A DNA stretch of 64,000 nucleotides from an uncultured Candidatus Saccharibacteria bacterium (GTDB lineage: Bacteria; Patescibacteriota; WWE3; UBA101185; UBA10185), in the NCBI GenBank assembly GCA_964385105.1, contig CAYLMU010000001.1, forward strand, positions 258,252 to 322,251. Direction: 5' to 3'. Positions 58,566 to 64,000 of the stretch are shown here, in pieces. A model generated the notes under the pieces. The model did no database searches, had not been told where the DNA came from, and saw nothing but the letters and a program-made list of their open reading frames with translations. Position numbers and translations under genes: made by a program. The first letter of the stretch is position 1; each line of letters starts with the position of its first letter.

Positions 58566-60177
58566 TTTTAAATGGGAATTATCTTTTTTAATATTTTTTG
58601 TGGCTTCACGATTACCTATGCTTGGCCATGATATATTCAACACTGATGTATGGAAATGGAAAAGCCGAATTTTTGATTTTGGTACCGGAATATTCACATT
58701 AAACTTTGAAAAAACAATTCAAAGATATCATCCAGGTGTAACTTTAATGTGGATTGGTAGTTTTGCTGTTAAAGTTTATAACTTTGGGTATGAGCTAATA
58801 TTTAAAATTCCTCCGCCTGATAACTCAATACATACTATTTTTCAATTACACTTTATGCAAAAGTTTTTTATAGTTTTAGCTATCGGATTTACTTTATTTT
58901 TTGTGTTTTATGTTGTTAAACAACTGTTTTCGCTAAAGTATGCTTTGTTAACACTGCTAATGATGTCGCTTGAGCCTTTTTATGTCGGATTGACACGTGT
59001 AGTGCATCTAGAGGGGTTAATGTCAACATTTATGATTGCGTCGTTTGTTGCTTTTTATATGTATATAAGAAATTCCCATATGAGAAAATACATAATTCTC
59101 TCTGCATTCTTTGGTGCTTTAGCAATACTCACCAAAACGTCAGCACTTTTTTTGTTACCGATGATGGCTTTAATACTAGTGTGTGAGCGAATACCAGATT
59201 TTTCCCGCGGATTAAACTTGAAAAATTCAATAAATTATATATTAGTTAACTTTCTCACTTGGTTAGTATTTGTACTTATATTTTTTATAGCTTTGTGGCC
59301 GGCCATGTGGACAATGCCCCAACAAGCCCTAAGCACACTTTATTCAGGTATATCAGAAACCGGAGTAGAAGAAGGGCATATTCAATTATATTTTTCAAAC
59401 TTAGTTGAAGATCCCGGACTCACCTTTTATCCCGTTGTTTTGTTTTTGCGCTCATCAGTTATGTTGATTATTGGGGTCATTGGATTTTTCTTGATTTATA
59501 AAAAATTAAATGCAAATGAGCGTAAATTTGCGTCATATGCTTTGCTGTTTGCACTTTTTTATGGAATTGAAATGACAATCCCATCAAAAAAGCTGGATCG
59601 ATACCTATTGCCAAGTATTATAAGTTTATGGTTTACAGCAGGATTTTTTTATATACATCTATTAAAAAAGATTGAACCATTTGTTGTTGGTTTAATTATT
59701 TTATTATTGCTTCCGGTTTTCACATTGATTGTTTTGCATTCAGACTATTTGGCCTATTACAACCCGCTTATTGGTGGTACGGCAAAAGGTATTTATATCA
59801 TTGAGCCAAAGTGGATGATTGGCCAACATGAGATTGTGGATTACTTAAATGAGCTAAAAACACAAAACGCATACGCTAGCTTTGAAGACGGTGAAAGTAT
59901 TGATGAATACGTGAATACTGTTTTTATTCAGGATAAGCTTGTGGTAGGATTCCAGGAAAAATATTACACTCAAATATGGCCATTTGTTAATGAAATCGGA
60001 GCCAGAGCAACCATTACAGATTTAACAGGACAGGCAATTAATACAAAGTACTTTATATATCCTGTTTGGGATGATACTTCGCACGAAGAAGATCGCTTTG
60101 AGCTTGTTAAAGTTGGCGAAATTGAATCAAAAGGCATAATACTTTACCATGTGTACGAAAGGATAATAGTTTTATGA
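58543..60177 (+). CDS. GT-C-fold membrane glycosyltransferase, paralog B
   Basis: Paralogous to 55700-57289 (conserved blocks listed there). Confidence 0.5.
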   Translation: MKLKKIIDFKWELSFLIFFVASRLPMLGHDIFNTDVWKWKSRIFDFGTGIFTLNFEKTIQRYHPGVTLMWIGSFAVKVYNFGYELIFKIPPPDNSIHTIFQLHFMQKFFIVLAIGFTLFFVFYVVKQLFSLKYALLTLLMMSLEPFYVGLTRVVHLEGLMSTFMIASFVAFYMYIRNSHMRKYIILSAFFGALAILTKTSALFLLPMMALILVCERIPDFSRGLNLKNSINYILVNFLTWLVFVLIFFIALWPAMWTMPQQALSTLYSGISETGVEEGHIQLYFSNLVEDPGLTFYPVVLFLRSSVMLIIGVIGFFLIYKKLNANERKFASYALLFALFYGIEMTIPSKKLDRYLLPSIISLWFTAGFFYIHLLKKIEPFVVGLIILLLLPVFTLIVLHSDYLAYYNPLIGGTAKGIYIIEPKWMIGQHEIVDYLNELKTQNAYASFEDGESIDEYVNTVFIQDKLVVGFQEKYYTQIWPFVNEIGARATITDLTGQAINTKYFIYPVWDDTSHEEDRFELVKVGEIESKGIILYHVYERIIVL

Positions 60178-61466
60178 ACGGGGCAAAAATCACATCTATT
60201 CTAAAAGGCGATTTCATTTTAAAAGGTACTGCTTTGATGAGCATTGGATTTTTTGTTGCCAGCATATTTAATTATTTATTGCAGGTTGTATTGGGGCGAG
60301 TACTAACTATTCCGGAGTTTGGAGTTTTCAATGCATTATTGTCTTTATCATATTTGTTTATCGTTCCGGCTAATGTATTGTCGTTGTCTCTGGTGAAAGT
60401 AACTTCTGAATTAAAGGCAAAAAATTCGTTTAACGAACTCACTCACTTATATAAGTCTTTAGTAAAATGGGCTATTCTACTTGGATCTATACTTGCTTTA
60501 TTTATTTACTTAAGTAGCCCGTGGATATCGTCGTATTTGAGAATTGAAAACCGAAACATTTTTGCTACATATTCATTATTTCTTGGAGCCACTTTTCTGA
60601 CCATAATTCCTGCAGCATTTTTGCAAGGACTTCTTAGATTTAAAGGTTTTGCGTTTTTTGCAATTTCAAGTTCAGTAATAAGGTTAATATTACCGTTATT
60701 GTTTATATACCTGGGGTATAGAGTGGCAGGAGTTTTTGGAGGGCTTTTTATTTTTGCACTATTTAGTTATGTACTTGCACACCTGATTCTTAAAAAAAAT
60801 CTGATTGTTAAAGAAAAGATTGAGGTGAGAAATTTGTTGAGGCGTATACTAACGTTGAGTATTCCTGTGTTGATAATAAGAGTCAGTTTGGATTTAATGG
60901 GTAATGTTGATTTAATTTTGGTAAAACATTTTTTCACTGCTCATGATGCCGGGCTTTATGCGGGAGTAGTTACAATTTGCAAAGTCTTTTTGTTTGGTGC
61001 GGGAATGTTGGGAATGGTTATGTATCCAATAATTTCTGAGATTCACGCAAAAGGTGAAAGTATAATTCCTGCAGTAAAAAAATTTATTATAATACAACTT
61101 GTTTTAGTAACAGGGGGATTAATAACGTTTGTCTTTTTTCCGGATTTGATTTCGGGCGTAATGTTTGGGCAGAAATATATTGAATCAGCAGCATATGTTC
61201 CTCTTTTCGCGTTGTTTGTAGGTGTCTACATACTTATTAATTTTTTTACAATGTTGTGTATTGCAGTTGGAAAGGTGAATGTATATGCTATTTTATCAAT
61301 AGGGGTTATATTGCAGTTTATTGGAATTCAAATGTATCACACTAACCTGTATAACATTATAAGTGTAAACTTAGTTGTTTCAATATGCGTTTTGGTGGTT
61401 TTACTAGCCTATACTGCTAAAATATTAAATCATGAAAAAAGTATCCATAATAATTCCCGCCTATAA
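60174..61466 (+). CDS. Wzx-like MOP-family flippase (second copy)
   Basis: 430 aa, 12-14 TM, PST-family-like N-terminus. Confidence 0.5.
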   Translation: MNGAKITSILKGDFILKGTALMSIGFFVASIFNYLLQVVLGRVLTIPEFGVFNALLSLSYLFIVPANVLSLSLVKVTSELKAKNSFNELTHLYKSLVKWAILLGSILALFIYLSSPWISSYLRIENRNIFATYSLFLGATFLTIIPAAFLQGLLRFKGFAFFAISSSVIRLILPLLFIYLGYRVAGVFGGLFIFALFSYVLAHLILKKNLIVKEKIEVRNLLRRILTLSIPVLIIRVSLDLMGNVDLILVKHFFTAHDAGLYAGVVTICKVFLFGAGMLGMVMYPIISEIHAKGESIIPAVKKFIIIQLVLVTGGLITFVFFPDLISGVMFGQKYIESAAYVPLFALFVGVYILINFFTMLCIAVGKVNVYAILSIGVILQFIGIQMYHTNLYNIISVNLVVSICVLVVLLAYTAKILNHEKSIHNNSRL

Positions 61467-63252
61467 ACAAGAAAAAACGATAAAGCAGGATATTGACAAT
61501 ATTTGCAATACAATGAAACAAACCCGTTTGGATTTTGAAATTATTGTTGTTGACGATGGATCCACCGACAATACTTTTGATGAAGCGAAAAAAAGCCAGT
61601 GTGAAAATGTAAAAGTTGTGCGATACGAAGAAAATGAAGGAAAAGGTTATGCGGTAAGATATGGAATGGCACGTTCAAAAGGTGATTATATCGCATTTAT
61701 TGATGCAGGTATGGATATTGACTCAAATGGAATATCCATGCTTCTTGAACATATGGAGTGGTATGATGCTGATGTAATTGTGGGGAGTAAAAGACATCCT
61801 GCATCTCAGGTAAACTACCCTTTTACCCGAAGAATTTATAGCTGGGGCTATTACACATTGGTTAGATTATTGTTTGGGTTGAAAATTAGAGACACTCAAA
61901 CAGGACTAAAGGTGTTTAAAAGAGAAGTTCTGGAGCAAGTTTTGCCACGGTTGGTAATAAAAAGATTCGCTTTTGATATTGAAATTTTGGCGGTAGCACG
62001 TTATGTGGGATTTAAAAAGATATATGAGGCACCTGTACGCATCAGCTGGGACTTTAATAACACCAACTTTAAAAAATTTTTGATTTTTGAACCATTTATA
62101 AGAGGAATGATTGTAGATACTTTTGGTGTGTTTTACAGGATGCGTATTTTAAAGTATTACCATTCCGATAATAGCGGAAATTGGTATTTAAGCAAAAAAA
62201 TGACTCCGGGTGTTGTTGACGAGGCGTCACCTGTTACATACAAGTTTAGTGTAATTATCCCTGTCAGATCCTTTAATGACTTCTTAACAGAAAATATAAA
62301 AGCGTTGAAATCACAAACTTACAAAAATTTTGAAGTAATTATTATTTTAGACAATGAAGAGTCTTTTGACTTTAAAGGTGATAAAAGATTTAAGGTTATA
62401 GCTGCAGGTGAAATTGGACCTGGTGATAAAAGAAATATTGGAGCGAAAGCATCAACCGGGGATATCTTAGTTTTTTTGGACGATGACGCTTATCCTACTA
62501 TAACTTGGCTTGAATATGCAGATGATGTATTTAATGAAAATGATATTTATGCTTTGGGGGCGCCTGGTGTCACTCCTCCAAATGCCGGAGTTCGGGAGAG
62601 GTGTTCAGGTAGAGTCCTTGAGTCTATGCTTGCAAGTTATAAAGAAGTTTATAGACATATACCATCCTCAAGCCGATTAATAAGCGATTATCCTACGGTA
62701 AATCTTTTCGTAAAAAAAGATGCATTTTTTAAAGTAGGTGGATTTAATGAAAATTTCTGGCCGGGAGAAGACACAAAATTGTGTTTGGACTTAGTTAAAG
62801 AATTTGGAAAACCCTTTTTATACGACCCAAAGCCTGTAGTTTATCATCATCGAAGAAAGCTCTTTTTACCGCACTTAAAACAAATTTCCCGCTACGGGAA
62901 GCACCGGGGTTACTTTGCAAAAAAATTTCCCGAGACCTCCCGTAAGCTCTCATATTTTATTCCCTCCTTATTTGTCTTGGGATTATTTGCAGGACCTATA
63001 ATTGTGTTGTTTTTTAGAGATTTATTATGGATATATTTAATCGCCGTTTATATTTATATTTTCTTTTTGGTTTATGAAACGATAAAAACTATACTATACG
63101 AATTATCTTTTGTAAGTGGTTTATGTGTGGGAGTGGGAATTTTTTTGACTCACGTTGTTTATGGTATAAATTTCATGATTGGACTTTTAAAAAAGCCTGA
63201 CTTAAAATTAAAAAGATTTGACTCCGCTTCCGGAAATTATATAGAAGGATAA
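61432..63252 (+). CDS. Tandem GT2-GT2 two-domain glycosyltransferase with C-terminal TM helices
   Basis: Two GT-A modules (SIIIPAYKQE...VVDDGSTDNT and FSVIIPVRSF...LDDDAY) plus a C-terminal hydrophobic region. Confidence 0.8.
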   Translation: MKKVSIIIPAYKQEKTIKQDIDNICNTMKQTRLDFEIIVVDDGSTDNTFDEAKKSQCENVKVVRYEENEGKGYAVRYGMARSKGDYIAFIDAGMDIDSNGISMLLEHMEWYDADVIVGSKRHPASQVNYPFTRRIYSWGYYTLVRLLFGLKIRDTQTGLKVFKREVLEQVLPRLVIKRFAFDIEILAVARYVGFKKIYEAPVRISWDFNNTNFKKFLIFEPFIRGMIVDTFGVFYRMRILKYYHSDNSGNWYLSKKMTPGVVDEASPVTYKFSVIIPVRSFNDFLTENIKALKSQTYKNFEVIIILDNEESFDFKGDKRFKVIAAGEIGPGDKRNIGAKASTGDILVFLDDDAYPTITWLEYADDVFNENDIYALGAPGVTPPNAGVRERCSGRVLESMLASYKEVYRHIPSSSRLISDYPTVNLFVKKDAFFKVGGFNENFWPGEDTKLCLDLVKEFGKPFLYDPKPVVYHHRRKLFLPHLKQISRYGKHRGYFAKKFPETSRKLSYFIPSLFVLGLFAGPIIVLFFRDLLWIYLIAVYIYIFFLVYETIKTILYELSFVSGLCVGVGIFLTHVVYGINFMIGLLKKPDLKLKRFDSASGNYIEG

Positions 63253-63253
63253 T

Positions 63254-63517
63254 ATGCAAAAAAACGGTCAGGATGAATTTGCAGTAAACGCGAATTCAAA
63301 ACTAAGAATAAAAGTAATCAAAACTAAATGTATAAGTGCAGCTACGTGTGTGATTATTGCTCCTCTTACTTTTGACCTGGATGATGAAGGCATTGCATAT
63401 GTAAAAGAAGGTACGTGGGATGAAGCAGTTACAATAATTGATGCTGCAAAATCCTGCCCGACAACCGCAATTATTGTGGAAGATATGGACGGTAATCAAA
63501 TTTATCCGGCAATTTAA
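63254..63517 (+). CDS. Mono-cluster ferredoxin-like protein with three Cys ligands (probable [3Fe-4S])
   Basis: CISAATC ... CPTTAI resembles the Pyrococcus-type Fd C-x5-C...CP pattern, with Ala at the Asp/Cys ligand position. Confidence 0.55.
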   Translation: MQKNGQDEFAVNANSKLRIKVIKTKCISAATCVIIAPLTFDLDDEGIAYVKEGTWDEAVTIIDAAKSCPTTAIIVEDMDGNQIYPAI

Positions 63518-63520
63518 ATT

Positions 63521-64000
63521 ATGCACAAATCTTTATTTTTAAATACTATTTCACCTCAAACGCTAAATACTCTTAATAATATAAATTTAAGCTCACTCAT
63601 ATTGGATCAGTCGTTGGTTAACAAAGATTTAGTCGAAGAGATTAAACAGAAATTGAGCAACATTGAGATATATGTTTCAGTCTCTGTTTTTGATTCACAA
63701 AAATTGCAAAAATACGCCGATGCATTAGCTATTGATTCCGAAGGTAGAGATACAAGCAATGGTGGAGTTTGCCCAACTCACCCGGGCGTACGGTCTGAAG
63801 CACTTGATGCAATTAGAGCTTTATTAAATGAAAATATTGACGGAATTTGGTTGGATCAGCTTAAATACCCAACACAATGGGATGTTCCCGAGCCGAACAT
63901 TTTAGACACATGCTACTGTGGACGTTGTTTAAAGCTTTTTGAAGAGTACATTGGTGAGCCTATAGAAGGTGTTGGTGGAGAAGGTACCGAACTTGAAAAT
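63521..64000 (+). CDS. Hypothetical protein, 5' fragment (3' end lies outside the window); possibly a TIM-barrel glycoside-hydrolase-like (GHL/DUF4015-like) protein
   Basis: Frame open from the ATG at 63521 to the window end; family call is weak. Confidence 0.35.
   Translation, partial: MHKSLFLNTISPQTLNTLNNINLSSLILDQSLVNKDLVEEIKQKLSNIEIYVSVSVFDSQKLQKYADALAIDSEGRDTSNGGVCPTHPGVRSEALDAIRALLNENIDGIWLDQLKYPTQWDVPEPNILDTCYCGRCLKLFEEYIGEPIEGVGGEGTELEN

Noticed and set aside
63302-63526. Minus-strand 74-aa Cys-rich ORF opposite the ferredoxin gene
   Set aside because: It is antisense to a plus-strand ORF with a credible ferredoxin motif and tight operon spacing. Its Cys-richness is a by-product of the complementary strand of the Cys/Ala-rich sense frame.
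1-64000. CRISPR arrays, tRNA/rRNA genes, integrases/transposases or other mobile-element hallmarks
   Set aside because: I found no short regularly spaced direct repeats, no tRNA-like T-arm consensus (GGTTCGAATCC-type) in intergenic DNA, no rRNA-like stretches and no recombinase ORFs.

Overview
This window looks like a low-GC, tightly packed, operon-rich chromosome segment from a reduced-genome bacterium, most consistent with the Candidate Phyla Radiation (Patescibacteria). The first 16 kb is a near-canonical S10-spc-alpha ribosomal-protein supercluster: tuf 3' end, rpsJ through rplO, secY, adk, map, infA, rpmJ, rpsM, rpsK, rpsD, rpoA, rplQ, rplM, rpsI. It uses standard code 11 with TGA as a stop codon. 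It has no rpmD (L30): S5 and L15 abut directly. Its L3 carries a ~60-aa internal deletion, and its S9 carries an N-terminal extension. Downstream come an XRE-regulator/RadC divergent pair, then a SipW-like signal peptidase with a TasA-like cargo gene, and a membrane-anchored Clp/Hsp100 ATPase. Housekeeping genes follow (prfB, secDF, recJ, an archaeal/eukaryal-type aspS, a dacA-like gene, gltX, recA-recX, rny-ymdB, hup), plus an orphan cytoplasmic PAS histidine kinase. The most striking feature is a contiguous ~20 kb, 15-gene glycosylation island at 43.3-63.3 kb. It contains several GT2 polyprenyl-phosphate-sugar synthases (one fused to a GtrA flippase domain), three GT4 enzymes, five or six GT-C-type polytopic transferases including a paralogous pair, two Wzx-type flippases, an MprF-N-like flippase domain and a tandem GT2-GT2 protein. 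I read this as multiple tandem three-component (GtrB/GtrA/GT-C-type) extracytoplasmic glycosylation systems. I found no rRNA, tRNA, CRISPR array or mobile element. All functional calls rest on motif recognition in the supplied translations and on conserved gene order; I ran no database searches.
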